From assembly GCA_018401555.1 (NCBI GenBank), contig JAGYKP010000086.1:42049-106048 (forward strand): a stretch of DNA of 64,000 nucleotides. Reading direction: 5' to 3'. Below, piece after piece: positions 37,541-52,625 of the stretch (positions are counted from its first letter, which is position 1; every line of letters begins with the position of its first letter). The position numbers and the translations under genes were made by a program. This DNA is from Halomonas sp. Its GTDB lineage: Bacteria; Pseudomonadota; Gammaproteobacteria; Pseudomonadales; Halomonadaceae. A model generated the notes under the pieces. The model did no database searches. It had not been told where the DNA came from and worked only from the letters and a program-made list of their open reading frames with translations.

Positions 37541-38556
37541 GTGTCCCTAGCCAAGCTGTTTGCCCTGATCCAGTACCCCCTGCCCCACCACCTGCTCGCG
37601 GCTGGTGGTCGGCTCGCCGAGCGTGCCAGCCGGCGATCAAGAATGCCCTGGCCCGCACCTTCATCCGGCGCTTCGGGGTGGACATGGACGAGACCGCCGA
37701 GCCCGACCCGGCGGCCTATGCCACCTTCAACGACTTCTTCACCCGCGCGCTGAAGGCGGATGCGCGCCCCATCGCTGAGGGGGTGGTCAGCCCCGCCGAC
37801 GGACGGCTCTCGCAGTTCGGCGCCATCGAGGCGGGCCAGCTGATGCAGGCCAAGGGGCATCGCTTCTCCGCCGAGGCGCTGCTGGGCGGCGACGTGGAGG
37901 CCGCAACCCGATATCTGGGCGGCAGCTTCGCCACGGTCTATCTGTCGCCAAGCGACTACCATCGCGTGCATATGCCCGTGGGCGGCACCCTGACCGAGAT
38001 GGTCTACGTGCCGGGTCGGCTGTTCTCGGTCAACGCCGCCACCACCGAGCAGGTGCCCAACCTGTTCGCCCGCAACGAGCGGCTGGTGTGCCACTTCGAG
38101 ACCGAGCACGGCCCCATGGCCATGGTGCTGGTGGGGGCGATGATCGTCGCCGCCATCGAGACGGTATGGGCGGGCCAGATCACCCCGCTGCCCAAGGGTG
38201 GCGTGCAGCGCATTCGCTTCGACACCCCGGTCAGGCTCGAGAAGGGCGAGGAGATGGGCCGCTTCAAGCTCGGCTCCACGGTGGTGATGGCCTTCGCCGA
38301 GCCGGTGAGCTTCGCCGATGGCCTCGAGCCCGGTGACAAGGTGCAGATGGGGCAGTCGCTGGGGGAGCTGGCGGGGGCCAGTCCCCGGGCTTTCCCTGAA
38401 AGTGGAAAGTCCCGGGGTGCCGGACCATCGCGGAGGCGCTGTGAACCCATCCCTGGGCGCTACCGATGCCATCCCTGGCATAGGACCTCCGCTTCGACTT
38501 CCCCCCGGCGCCCTAGCTTCAGCGGCTCAGGCATCGCGGCGTGGCGAAGGCCATGA
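37541..38556 (+). CDS. psd: Phosphatidylserine decarboxylase (frameshifts; true stop probably near 38400)
   Basis: [42 protein letters not shown] (LGST cleavage site). Confidence 0.93.
38412..38512 (+). repeat. Structured ~100-115 bp intergenic repeat, copy 1
   Basis: Core GGAGGCGCTGTGAACCCATCCCTGGGCGCTACCGATGCCATCCCTGGCATAGGACCTCC shared with 45756-45869 and 48193-48302. Confidence 0.85.
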
Positions 38557-39552
38557 CCTTCCGCCACGCTCGACCTGCCCAGCGCGAGCTGTGAGTCCAA
38601 CCGGTCGAGGCCGGGTGCGACGCCGCTGCCCGCTCGGGCGTGCCGACGCTCGAGTGCCGCCAGCAGGCGCCGATCCACGTGCACCTCCGGCGGGCCCTGC
38701 CGCCCGCACGGGCGGCGTTCGTCCTCGGCTCGGCGCGCGGGCCTGTCTTCGGCGGCATCGGTGAGCTCGTCGCCGCTGCTGGCGAGCTCCAGCCGCTCGA
38801 GGTGGAGGCTCGAAGCGCGAGGCTACGCAGGCGCCGTCCTCCGGGCCGCGTGACGGTCTCGAAACGCAGGGCGGCCTGGCTGGCCGGGTCAGTCCCACGA
38901 CCACCTCGACGCCGCTCCCGCCCCAGGGTGGGGGCTCAGTGTCAAGGCTCATCAGCAGGTCGAGGCAGCCCGTCGCGAGGGGCTGTCACGTCCATGCGTC
39001 GGGCCCGCCCTGCGCCGCCGCCCGGCGCCGCTGCGTGCTCGGCGGGCGCGGTGAAGGGGTCGATGGCCAGAGCGCTCCGGAACGCGGTCACGATAGGCGG
39101 CGCCGTGCTGCAGCCGGGCCCGGGCTCATCCCCCGGCTCTCGGCCCCAGCACCCGACGCACCAGCTCGGCGGTCTCCTCGATCAAAGCATCCAGGGTCAG
39201 GCCCGGGCGATACCACTCCAGCATGGTGAACTCGAGGTTGTGGCGCCGCCCCACCTCGCCGTCACGAAAGCTTCGGGCCAGCTGGAAGATCGGCCCCGAG
39301 CCGGCGGCCAGCAGCCGCTTCATGGCGAACTCCGGGGAGGTCTGCAGCCAGAGCCGCTCGCGCCCTGGCGGCGTGGTGGCCTCGGCCGAGAGCGAGGCCA
39401 GAGTGCACCTCGGTGCTGCCGCCGTGGCTCAGCACTGGCGTTTCCACCTCCAGCACCACCGCGCTCGGGCGAAGAAGGCGCGCACTCGGCGAGCCAGCGC
39501 GCCCGTTGCGCAGGGTCTCGATCGTCGCCGTGGGGCGCCAGTCGTCCGTCAT
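38519..39552 (-). CDS. epmA: EF-P lysine aminoacylase (3' half heavily garbled by indels)
   Basis: [56 protein letters not shown]; remnant G(L)DRL...LALG..VMAF at 3' end. Confidence 0.85.
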
Positions 39553-39604
39553 TTTCAACCTCCAGAACCGACAAGGCCACGCCGTAGCGGTGGCGCAGGA
39601 CTCG

Positions 39605-39633
39605 TTGACAAAGCTGCCCTCCCGAGCTAAGCT
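39605..39633 (+). promoter_or_regulatory. Putative sigma70 promoter facing the efp 3' end
   Basis: TTGACA-N17-TAAGCT. Confidence 0.5.
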
Positions 39634-39737
39634 CAACTAGGCGAATCCCGGAGTAAGGCGGCGGGTTTGGCAGCGCTAAATGAGCAAGCCGTCTCGGGAT
39701 TCAACGACGTATGAGCGAGCGCAGGAAGGGCCGCACT

Positions 39738-40304
39738 TCAGGCGCGGGAGACGTACTCGCCGGACCGCGTATCCACCTTCAGGACCTCGCCCTCGTTGAT
39801 GAACAGCGGCACGCGCACCACGGCGCCGGAGGAGAGCGTCGCCGGCTTGGAGCCACCCTGGGCGGTGTCGCCCTTGAGGCCGGGGTCGGTCTCGGTCACT
39901 TCCAGCTCGATGAAGTTCGGCGGGGTCACGTTGATGGCGTTGTCGTTCCACAGGGTGACGGTGTAGGCAACCTGCTCCTTGAGCCACTTCTCGGTGTCGC
40001 CCAGGGCCTTCTTCTCCACCGCGTACTGCTCGAAGGAGCCATCGGTCTTCATGAAGTACCACATCTCGCCGTCGTTATAGAGATACTCCATGTCCAGATC
40101 CAGGACGTCGGCGCCTTCCAGGCTCTCGCCGGACTTGAAGGTACGCTCCCAGACGCGGCCGGTCATCAGGTTGCGCAGCTTGACGCGGTTGAACGCCTGA
40201 CCCTTGCCCGGCTTGACGAACTCGTTCTCGACGATCGCGCAGGGATCGCCGTCGAGCATCACCTTCAGACCGCCCTTGAATTCGTTGGTAGAATAGTTCG
40301 CCAT
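39738..40304 (-). CDS. efp: Elongation factor P
   Basis: [34 protein letters not shown]. Confidence 0.98.
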   Translation of the reverse strand: MANYSTNEFKGGLKVMLDGDPCAIVENEFVKPGKGQAFNRVKLRNLMTGRVWERTFKSGESLEGADVLDLDMEYLYNDGEMWYFMKTDGSFEQYAVEKKALGDTEKWLKEQVAYTVTLWNDNAINVTPPNFIELEVTETDPGLKGDTAQGGSKPATLSSGAVVRVPLFINEGEVLKVDTRSGEYVSRA

Positions 40305-40425
40305 CTTCTTCTCTCACCCATATTCGAGCGCGCCTCCGGAAGCCCCGGCGGCGCACTGGGAAACGATTTCCGACGAGCCCATGCCTGCAAGGGCGCGGTC
40401 TCGTCCGCATTGACTGGTGTAGCGC

Positions 40426-41535
40426 ATGATAACCCGAAGCCCCGCCCTTTTGCAGCGCTCGGATAACGGCGACAAGGGACACAACAGTTGCGGTCAGCAC
40501 GAAGCGAAGGAGACACCCTCGAGCGATGGCACCACGCTGCTGGCGACCCCTCCCTCCTGGCAGGCCCAGCTGACCGGCGCCATCCGCGACCCGCGCGAGC
40601 TGTGCCGACGCCTGGGGCTGGACGAGCGCTGGCTGCCCGGCGCCGAGGCGGGCCATGGGCTCTTCGAGGTGCGTGTGCCGGAGGCCTTCCTGGCGCGCAT
40701 GCGCCCGGAGGACCCCGACGACCCCCTGCTGCGCCAGGTACTGCCGCTGGGCGAGGAGTCCCGGCCCACGCCGGGTTATGTTGCCGACCCGCTGGAAGAG
40801 GCCGCGCACACCCCGGCCAAGGGGCTGATCCACAAGTACTCGGGACGCGTGCTGCTGATTGCGAGCCCCGCCTGCGCGGTGAACTGCCGCTACTGCTTCC
40901 GGCGCCACTTCCCCTACGCCGAGAACTCCCCCTCCATGGCCCAGTGGGAGGCGACCCTCGACACCCTGCGTGACGACACCACCATCCACGAGGCGATCCT
41001 CTCCGGCGGCGACCCGCTGGCTGCCAGCGATCGGCGTCTCGCCTGGCTGGTCGAGCGCCTGGGCGAGATTCCGCACCTGAGACGGCTGCGCATCCACACC
41101 CGGCTGCCGGTGGTGATCCCCCAACGCATCGACGACGCCCTGCTGGCGTGGCTCGGCGGCACCCGCCTGCAGAAGGTGATGGTGCTGCATATCAACCACG
41201 CCAACGAGATCGATGACGGCGTCATCGCCGCCTGTGCCCGCCTGCGCGAGGCCGGGGTTACCCTGCTCAACCAGAGCGTGCTGCTGCGTGGGGTCAACGA
41301 CTCGATAGAGGCGCTGGCCGCGCTCTCCGAACGGCTCTTCGAAGCCGGTATCTTGCCCTACTACCTCCACGTGCTCGATCCAGTGGCGGGCGCGGCCCAC
41401 TTCGACGTCGCTGGACGACGAGGCCCGCGAACTGGTCGCGGGCCCTGTGGAGGTGCTGCCGGGGTTCCTGATGCCGCGGCTGGTCAGGGAGATCCCCGGC
41501 GAGGTGAGCAAGACACCGCTATAGCGCCGAGCTAA
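40426..41535 (+). CDS. epmB: EF-P beta-lysylation protein, lysine 2,3-aminomutase (frameshift near 41415)
   Basis: CAVNCRYCFRRHFPY, ILSGGDPL, RIHTRLPVVIP, LLNQSVLL, PYYLH; divergent from efp. Confidence 0.94.
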   Translation: MITRSPALLQRSDNGDKGHNSCGQHEAKETPSSDGTTLLATPPSWQAQLTGAIRDPRELCRRLGLDERWLPGAEAGHGLFEVRVPEAFLARMRPEDPDDPLLRQVLPLGEESRPTPGYVADPLEEAAHTPAKGLIHKYSGRVLLIASPACAVNCRYCFRRHFPYAENSPSMAQWEATLDTLRDDTTIHEAILSGGDPLAASDRRLAWLVERLGEIPHLRRLRIHTRLPVVIPQRIDDALLAWLGGTRLQKVMVLHINHANEIDDGVIAACARLREAGVTLLNQSVLLRGVNDSIEALAALSERLFEAGILPYYLHVLDPVAGAAHFDVAGRRGPRTGRGPCGGAAGVPDAAAGQGDPRRGEQDTAIAPS

Positions 41536-41556
41536 GGCCGTCGAGGTCTGTGAGCG

Positions 41557-41589
41557 AAAACCCCCAAGGCACGACACCTTGGGGGTTTA
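41557..41589. terminator. Bidirectional terminator between epmB and leuA
   Basis: AAAACCCCCAAGG-N7-CCTTGGGGGTTT. Confidence 0.8.
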
Positions 41590-41607
41590 CTTATGGCTTA
41601 AGGCTTA

Positions 41608-43342
<1,735 letters not shown>

Positions 43343-43596
43343 GGCGGCGTTCTCCTCAGGATACGGGGCGTCAGGCGTGCTGGCGTTCGGAAACGGCAGC
43401 GCCCCGACGGCGGGGAGCCGGTCGGGGCGCTGCATGAAAGATCACGGTGCGGCAGGCAGCGCCCGACTGGGGGCGATACCGATGCGACCTGGAAACAAGC
43501 TGTGACGACGGGGATGGATGACATGGTACGACCTCTTGACGACCGGGGCTCCAGCGGGGAGCAGTGACTCGGCGATGCAGGCGGCATCGCCAGCGC

Positions 43597-43647
43597 TCAG
43601 GCTAGCGCTAGTAGTCGTAGGTCGAGGTCGTACGCGGTCAGGTTCAT
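43597..43647 (-). CDS. leuA leader peptide MNLTAYDLDLRLLALA
   Basis: 16-codon ORF with 6 Leu, four encoded by the rare CTA codon (CTA CGA CTA CTA GCG CTA), upstream of leuA. Confidence 0.8.
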   Translation of the reverse strand: MNLTAYDLDLRLLALA

Positions 43648-43678
43648 ACCCCTAGAAAATCAGGCCTGGAGGGCATTG

Positions 43679-44503
43679 TCAACTCCGTCGCTCCAGCAGT
43701 GCCTCCATGCGCGTCAGCTGGTCACGCAGCTCGCGCACGTCGCTGCGCAGCCCGTGGAGCTCGGCGGCCTCCCCCTCCCCGCTCTCGATCTCCATCTGCA
43801 CGCTCTCCTTCTGCATCACGTCGAGCACGATGCCGATCATCATGTTGAGGAAGATGAAGGCGGTGAGGAAGATGAAGGTCAGGTAGTAGATCCAGCTCCA
43901 GGCATACACCTCCTGGGTGGCATACATCACGTCGGTCCAGTCCTCGAAGGTGGCGATGCGGAACAGCGTGAGCATGGCGATGGAGATATTGCCCCACAGG
44001 AAGTCATCGATGTCCGCGAACAGGAAGCTGCCAATGGCCGCATAGATGTAGAAGATGATGAACATCAGCAGCGCCACGTAGCCCATCCGTGGAATGGACT
44101 TGATCAACGCCACCAGCAGCAGGCGCAGCTCGGGAATCATCGACACCAGACGCAGCACCCGGAAGATGCGCAGCAGGCGTGCCAGCAGCACCATCTCAGA
44201 GTCGTCCATGGGGATGAGGCTGGCCGTGACGATCAGGAAGTCGAAGATGTTCCAGCCACGGCGGAAGAAGTCCCGCAGGCGCCGTTCCGCGGCCATGCGG
44301 ATCAGGATCTCCACCAGGAAGAACACCGTCACCGCCACGTCCAGGACCAGCAGCCACTGCTGGAAGCGGTTGGTCTCCTCGTAGGTCTTGGCGCCGATCA
44401 GCAGCGCCGAGATGATGATGATGGCGATGACCGCGGTCTCGAACAGCTTGTTGGCACGCAGCCGCTCGAAGCGGTCGCGCCATGCCTCGAAGACCGAGCT
44501 CAC
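43679..44503 (-). CDS. Voltage-gated (BacNav-like) cation channel
   Basis: 6TM; WNIFDFLIV; S4 RLLRIFRVLRL; filter TFEDWTD; FLNMMIGIV; C-terminal coiled coil. Confidence 0.9.
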   Translation of the reverse strand: MSSVFEAWRDRFERLRANKLFETAVIAIIIISALLIGAKTYEETNRFQQWLLVLDVAVTVFFLVEILIRMAAERRLRDFFRRGWNIFDFLIVTASLIPMDDSEMVLLARLLRIFRVLRLVSMIPELRLLLVALIKSIPRMGYVALLMFIIFYIYAAIGSFLFADIDDFLWGNISIAMLTLFRIATFEDWTDVMYATQEVYAWSWIYYLTFIFLTAFIFLNMMIGIVLDVMQKESVQMEIESGEGEAAELHGLRSDVRELRDQLTRMEALLERRS

Positions 44504-45730
44504 GACGCCGACTCCTCCAGATCACCCTGGCGATAGCCGATCAGGTAGAGCACCGCATCGAGCCCCAGCGTCGAGATCGAGTGACGCGCCTGGGCGCGTA
44601 CCAGAGGCTTGGCGCGAAAGGCGATACCGAGCCCGGCGGCAGCGAGCATCTTGAGGTCATTGGCACCGTCGCCCACGGCGATGGTCTGCTCCATGGCGAG
44701 CCCCTCGCGCGCGGCGATCTCGCCCAGCAGCTGTGCCTTGCGGTCGGCGTCGAGGATCGGCTCGCGGACCTCGCCGGTCACCTTGCCATTCTCGATCACC
44801 AGCTCGTTGGCGTGGATCTCGTCGAAGCCGAGCTTCTGCTGCAGGTGGCGGGCGAAGTAGGTGAAGCCGCCGGAGAGGATGGCGGTGCGGTAGCCCAGGC
44901 GCTTGAGCTGGGCCATCAGCCGCTCGACGCCATCCATCAGCGGCAGCTCCTCGGCGATCTCGGCCAGCACCGACTCGTCGAGGCCGCGCAGCTTGGCCAT
45001 GCGCTCGCGGAAGCTCTGCTGGAAGTCCAGCTCGCCGCGCATGGCGCGCTCGGTGACCTCGGCCACCTCGTCATAGACGCCGTGGCGGCGCGCCAGCTCG
45101 TCGATCACCTCGGCCTTGATCAGGGTGGAGTCCATATCGAAGCACACCAGGCGGCGGTGGCGGCGCCAGATGGAGTCCTCCTGGATGGCGATATCCACGC
45201 CGTGCATGGCGCCCAGTGCCAGGGCCTTCTCGCGCAGGGCGTCGAGGTCGACCTCCTCGCCGCGCAGCCAGCACTCCACGCAGGCGCCCTGGATAGCGTC
45301 GTGTTCGCCGGGCACGCCGCCGTCCAGCGGCTCGCGCCCGGAGAGGCGATGGATCAGCTCCACGGTCAGGCCGTGCTCGGCGGTGAGCGCGCCCACCTCG
45401 GCCAGGATCCCGGCGGGCAGGTGCGGCGCCAGCAGGGTCAGGATCAGCCGCGGCTGGCTGGCCTGGCTGCTCCAGCGCTGGTAGTCCTCGGCGGCGACCT
45501 GGATCGCCTGGACGTCGAGGCCCAGCTCGTCCCCCGCCGCCGAGAGCGCCGCCTCGAGATCGGCCTCGTGATCGAGCCCGACCAGGGCCTCCAGGGAGAG
45601 CATGCCGAAGGTCACGCTCTGGTTGATGTCCAGCAGCCGGGCGCCGCTGGCAGCCAGGGCCCTGCCCAGGCCGGCCAGCTGGCCGCGGCTGCGCCGCGCC
45701 GCTGGCGCGAATCAGGATTCGTCGTGTCAT
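44500..45730 (-). CDS. serB: Phosphoserine phosphatase with ACT domains (frameshift near 45690)
   Basis: FDMDSTLI, LSGGF, AVGDGANDL, GIAFRAKP. Confidence 0.94.
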
Positions 45731-45755
45731 GGTTGCCTCAGGAGCTCTCTCGTTT

Positions 45756-45869
45756 CCGCGGCTGACCCGGCGACAGGCCTTCGAGGAGGCGCTGTGAACC
45801 CTTCCATGGGCGCTACCGACGCCATCCCTGGCGTAGGACCTCCTCTACGGCCTGTCCCCGGCGCCGCGG
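45756..45869 (+). repeat. Structured intergenic repeat, copy 2
   Basis: Homologous to 38412 and 48193 copies; between parC and serB. Confidence 0.88.
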
Positions 45870-45879
45870 CACCATCTTG

Positions 45880-48143
45880 TCAGGTGTCGCCGTTCAACGC
45901 TTCCAACCTGTCGACCTTCTGCAGGCCGCGGGGCAGCTTGCTGCCGCGTCGGCCGCGCTCGCCGCGATAATACGCCAGATCGTCGGCCTTGAGGGTCAGG
46001 TGGCGCTTGCCGGCATGCACCACCAGCGCCGCGCCCTCCGGCAGCACCACCAGGTCGCGGACGAACTCCTCACGGCGCGCCGCCCGCGGGCCCGGGATAT
46101 CGATCATCTTGTTGCCCTTGCCCTTGGCCATCTCGGGCAGCTCCACCAGGGGAACAGCGGCAGGCGTCCCTCGTTGGAGACCGCCGCGACCAGCGCCCCC
46201 TCGCCTTCCGGTACCGCCACCGGCGGCAGCACGTTGCACCCCTTGGGCACGCGTCAGCACCGACTTGCCGGACTTCGTTCTTGCCGATCAACTCCTCCAA
46301 CCGCGCCACGAAGCCATAGCCGCCGTCCGAGCCGAGCAGGTAGCGGGTGGCAGGCGGTGCCAGCATCACCCCGGCCATATGGGCGCCGGCGACCACGTTG
46401 ACCCGGCTGGTCACCGGTTCGCCCTGGCCCCTCGCGCTTGGCAGGTTGTGGGCCTGCAGGGTATAGGCACGGCCGGTATCGTCGAGCAGCACCAGCGGCT
46501 GGTTGGTCTTGCCGCGGGCGGCCAGCGCGAAGCGATCGCCGGCCTTGTAGGAGAGCCCTTCCGGGTCGATCTCGTGCCCCTTGGCGCTGCGGATCCAGCC
46601 CTTCTCGGAGAGCACCACGGTAACCGGGTCGGCGCCCACCAGCTCCACCTCGGAGAGCGCGCGGGCCTCCTCGCGCTCGACGATGGGCGAGCGGCGGGGG
46701 TCGCCATGGGCCTCGGCGGCGGCACGCAGCTCCTCCTCGATCAGGTCGGTGAGCTTGGCCTCGTTGCCGAGCAGCTCCTGGAGGCGGGCGCGCTCGGCCT
46801 CGAGTTCCTCCTGCTCGCCGCGGATCTTCATCTCCTCGAGCTTGGCCAGGTGGCGCAGGCGCAGCTCCAGGATCGCCTCGGCCTGGCGGTCGCTGAGACC
46901 GAAGGCTTCCATCAGCGCAGGCTTGGGCGCGTCCTCCTCGCGGATGATGCGGATCACCTCGTCGATATTGAGGTAGGCGATCAGCAGGCCCTCGAGGAGG
47001 TGCAGGCGATCCTCCACCTTGCCCAGGCGATGCTCCAGGCGCCGGCGCACCGTGGAGCGCCGGAAGCGCAGCCACTCGCCGAGCAGGTCGGGCAGCGGCA
47101 TGACCCGCGGCCGGCCATCGAGGCCGATCACGTTCATGTTGACGCGAATGTTCTTCTCGAGGTCGGTGGTGGCGAACAGGTGCGCCATCAGCGCCTCGAT
47201 ATCGACGCGATTGGAGCGCGGCTCGATCACCAGCCGGGTCGGCTCCTCGTGGGTCGACTCGTCGCGCAGGTCGGCCACCATGGGCAGCTTCTTGGCCTGC
47301 ATCTGGGCGGCGATCTGCTCGAGGACCTTGGCGCCGCTGACCTGGTAGGGCAGTGCGGTGATCACCACGCTGCCCTCCTCGCGGACGTAGCGGGCACGCA
47401 GCTTCACCGAACCGCGCCCGCTCTCGTAGAGCTTGCGCAGGTCCGCGCGGGGCGTGATGATCTCCGCCTCGGTGGGGAAGTCCGGCAGCCGGCAGGTGCC
47501 TGACCAGGTCCGCAGTGGTGGCCTCGGGGTGGCGCAGCAGGTGACAGGTGGCCTCGACCACCTCGTTCACGTTGTGGGGCGGGATATCGGTGGCCATGCC
47601 CACGGCGATGCCGGTGCCGCCGTTGAGCAGCACATGCGGCAGCCGCGCCGGCAGCACCACCGGCTCGTTCATGGTGCCGTCGAAGTTGGGAGTCCAGTCC
47701 ACGGTGCCCTGGCCGAGCTCGGCGAGCAGCACCTCGGCGAACTTCGACAGCCGCGCCTCGGTGTAGCGCATGGCGGCGAACGACTTGGGGTCGTCGGGAC
47801 TGCCCCAGTTGCCCTGGCCATCCACCAGCGGGTAGCGGTAGCTGAACGGCTGGGCCATCAGCACCATCGCCTCGTAGCAGGCGCTGTCGCCGTGGGGATG
47901 GAACTTGCCCAGCACGTCGCCGACGGTACGCGCCGACTTCTTGTACTTGGCGCTGGCATTGAGGGCCAGCTCGCGCATGGCGTAGACGATGCGCCGCTGC
48001 ACCGGCTTCATGCCGTCGCCGATATGCGGCAGCGCCCGGTCGAGGATGACGTACATCGAATAGTCGAGGTACGCCTTCTCGGTGTACTCGCGCAGCGAGA
48101 GGCGTTCGACGTCGCCCTCCGCCACCTGGATATCCATGGTCAT
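45880..48143 (-). CDS. parC: DNA topoisomerase IV subunit A (frameshifts near 47490, 46270, 46160)
   Basis: [48 protein letters not shown]. Confidence 0.96.
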
Positions 48144-48192
48144 ACGGTATGCCCCTGGTCAGGGTGTCCAAAATCGTTGGCTGTCTTACCTC

Positions 48193-48302
48193 GCGGCTGA
48201 TCCGGCGACAGGCCTTCGGGGAGGCGCTGTGACCCCTTCCCTGGGCGCTACCGATGCCATCCCTGGCATAGGACCTCCCCTCCGACCTGTCCCCGGCGCC
48301 GC
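48193..48302 (+). repeat. Structured intergenic repeat, copy 3
   Basis: Homologous to the other two copies; between parE and parC. Confidence 0.88.
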
Positions 48303-48335
48303 TCGCCCTTGGCGCTTGTGACTTGTGGCTTGTGG

Positions 48336-50216
<1,881 letters not shown>

Positions 50217-50231
50217 GAGTCGTCCGGTTCC

Positions 50232-50861
50232 TTAGTGTTGGCTGGCCTGCCACTCCGGCGGCAGGGCATGGCCGCCATGGGCCAGCACCGCCGGCAAGTG
50301 CCGGGAGAGCACCGTGAAGGCGTGGTCGGCCCCAGGGTGCAGCAGGGTCCGCGCGCCGCGATAGAGCGTGAAGGCATGCGCCGGGTCGAGCACCTCGTCG
50401 GCGCTGCCCAGCAGCAGCAGGTAGCGCTCCGGCGCGGTGAGCCGCTCCGGCGTCAGCGCGGCGAGCTCGGCCAGATGATCCGCCTCGATGGTGAAGCGCT
50501 CGCCCGTATAGTCGTTCTCGAAGCGCTCCCCCACCCACTCGGCCACCAGGTCCGCCGGACGCACCGCCGGGTTGATCAGCGCGGCCGGAAGGTCATGGCG
50601 CTCGGCCAGGCAGGTGGCCAGGAAGCCGCCCATGGAGCTGCCCGCGACCAGCGGGCGCTCCCCCAGCTCGGCCAGGCGCGATTCGGCCAGCGCCAGCGCC
50701 GCACCGGGACGATGCGGCAGCTGGGGAGTGATACAGGGCACTCCCAGGGCCTCGCAGGCGCGGCGCATCAGCACCCCCTTGGGCGAGGCGGCCCCGCTGT
50801 TGAAGCCGTGCAGGTAGAGCACGCCGCTGGCCCGGCGGCTCCGCCGAGGCGCACTCAGCAT
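50232..50861 (-). CDS. yqiA: YqiA/YcfP family esterase
   Basis: LYLHGFNS, GSSMGG, LINPAV, DEVLD; upstream of parE. Confidence 0.88.
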   Translation of the reverse strand: MLSAPRRSRRASGVLYLHGFNSGAASPKGVLMRRACEALGVPCITPQLPHRPGAALALAESRLAELGERPLVAGSSMGGFLATCLAERHDLPAALINPAVRPADLVAEWVGERFENDYTGERFTIEADHLAELAALTPERLTAPERYLLLLGSADEVLDPAHAFTLYRGARTLLHPGADHAFTVLSRHLPAVLAHGGHALPPEWQASQH

Positions 50862-50889
50862 ACCCCAACACCTGTATGGGTAGCCAGCA

Positions 50890-52547
50890 TCATGGAGACT
50901 CCTCCGCCGCCCAGGTCGCCTCGATCAGCGCCCGCGTGGAGGCATCCATGGCCGCGAGCCCCTGGCGGCTCTCGAGGATACGCTGGGTCTCCCCGGCGAT
51001 CTTCTTGCCCAGTTCAACGCCCCACTGGTCGAAGGGGTTGATACCCCAGATGGTCGCCTGGACGAACACCTTGTGCTCGTAGAGCGCAATCAGCGCCCCA
51101 GAGTAGCCGGGGTGAGCTCATCGAGCAGCAGGGTGCTGGAGGGCTGGTTGCCGCGATAGCGCTTGTGCCCCGGTCGCGGGCCATCGTCGGCGATGGCGTC
51201 GTCGCCCAGCATCAGCACTCGGGACTGGGCGAAGCAGTTGGCCAGCGTCAGCCGGTGCTGGCCCTTGAGGTGCTCGCGAGTGGCGGCATCCTCGACATCG
51301 TCATAGCGCCTGAGCGGGGCGATAAAGTCGCACTCCACCGCCTGGGTGCCCTGGTGCAGCAGCTGGTAGAAGGCGTGCTGGGCATTGGGTCCGAGCTGCC
51401 CCCACAGCACCGGGCAGGTGGCGTAGTTCACCTCGCGGCCGTCGTGGGTCACCGACTTGCCGTTGGACTCCATCTCCAGCTGCTCGAGATAGGCGGCGAA
51501 GTACTCCAGGCGGCCATCGTAGGGCAGGATGGAGTGGGCGCGGATATCCAGGAAGTTGACGTTCCAGATCCCCGCCAGGGCCAGCAGCACCGGCAGGTTG
51601 TCGGCCAGGGACGCCTCGCGGAAGTGGCGATCCATGGCGTGGGCCCCGGCCAGCAGGGCGCGAAAATTGTCCATGCCCACCATCAGGGCGATGGGCAGGC
51701 CGATCGCCCCCCACAGCGAATAGCGCCCGCCGACCCACTCCCAGAACTCCAGCCGATGGGCCGGGTCGATGCCCCACTCGCCCATCTTCTCGTCACTGGC
51801 CGAGACGCCGATGAAGTGCTGACGCATGATCAGCTCGGCGTCGACGCCCTCCTCTCCCGCCAGGCGTCCCATCAGCCAGTCGCGGGCGGTATTGGCGTTG
51901 GAGAGGGTATCGATGGTGGTGAAGGACTTCGACGACAGCACGAACAGCGTGGTCTCGGGGTTGAGCCGTCGCAGGTAGTCGGCCAGCTGGGAGCCGTCCA
52001 TGGTGGAGGCGAAGTGCACCTCGACCGAATGCACATCATCCGGGCGATAGTCGGCCAGGGCGTGGGTCACCATCAGCGGGCCGAGATCCGAGCCGCCCAC
52101 CCCCAGGTTGACCACATCGCGGATCGCCCTGCCGGTGGCGCCGCGCCACTGCCCGGAGTGAAAGCGCTCCACCATGGCGGCCATGCGCTCCAGGGTACGA
52201 TGCACCCCGGGCACCAGGTCTTCGCCCTCCACCACCAGCGAGGCATCGGCGGGCAGGCGCAGGGCGGTGTGCAGCGCCGGGCGATCCTCGCTGACGTTGA
52301 CCCGTTCGCCGTCGAGCAGCCGGCCGATGGCGGCGGGCACCTCGGCCTGCTCGGCAAGCGCCAGCAGGCGCGCCAGGGTCTCGGCGGACCAGCGCTGCTT
52401 GGAGAGGTCGAGGGTCAGGCCCGCGGCGTGGCGGGTGAAGCGCGGCTGGCGATCAGGCTCAGCCGCGAACAGCTCGCGCAGATGGGTCTGGCTCAGGGTG
52501 TTGGCATGCTCCTGCAAAGCCTGCCAGGCGGGGGTCTGATCGATCAT
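50890..52547 (-). CDS. pgi: Glucose-6-phosphate isomerase (frameshift near 51095)
   Basis: [58 protein letters not shown]. Confidence 0.96.
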
Positions 52548-52625
52548 GGCTCCTCCTTGGACGTCGTGTGAACGGGCCTCCGTGCACCGCCCTACATCAC
52601 AACGTAGAATGACGGATTTCCCTGC

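Noticed and set aside
38400-38556. Psd C-terminal extension through the repeat element
   Set aside because: It lies in the noisy region, and a missed stop near 38397-38399 is more likely
38519-39200. Apparently non-coding or novel region, or a decayed epmA
   Set aside because: EpmA C-terminal remnants are recognisable at the expected length, and neighbouring rsgA, rhodanese and psd are equally noisy, indicating a low-quality stretch
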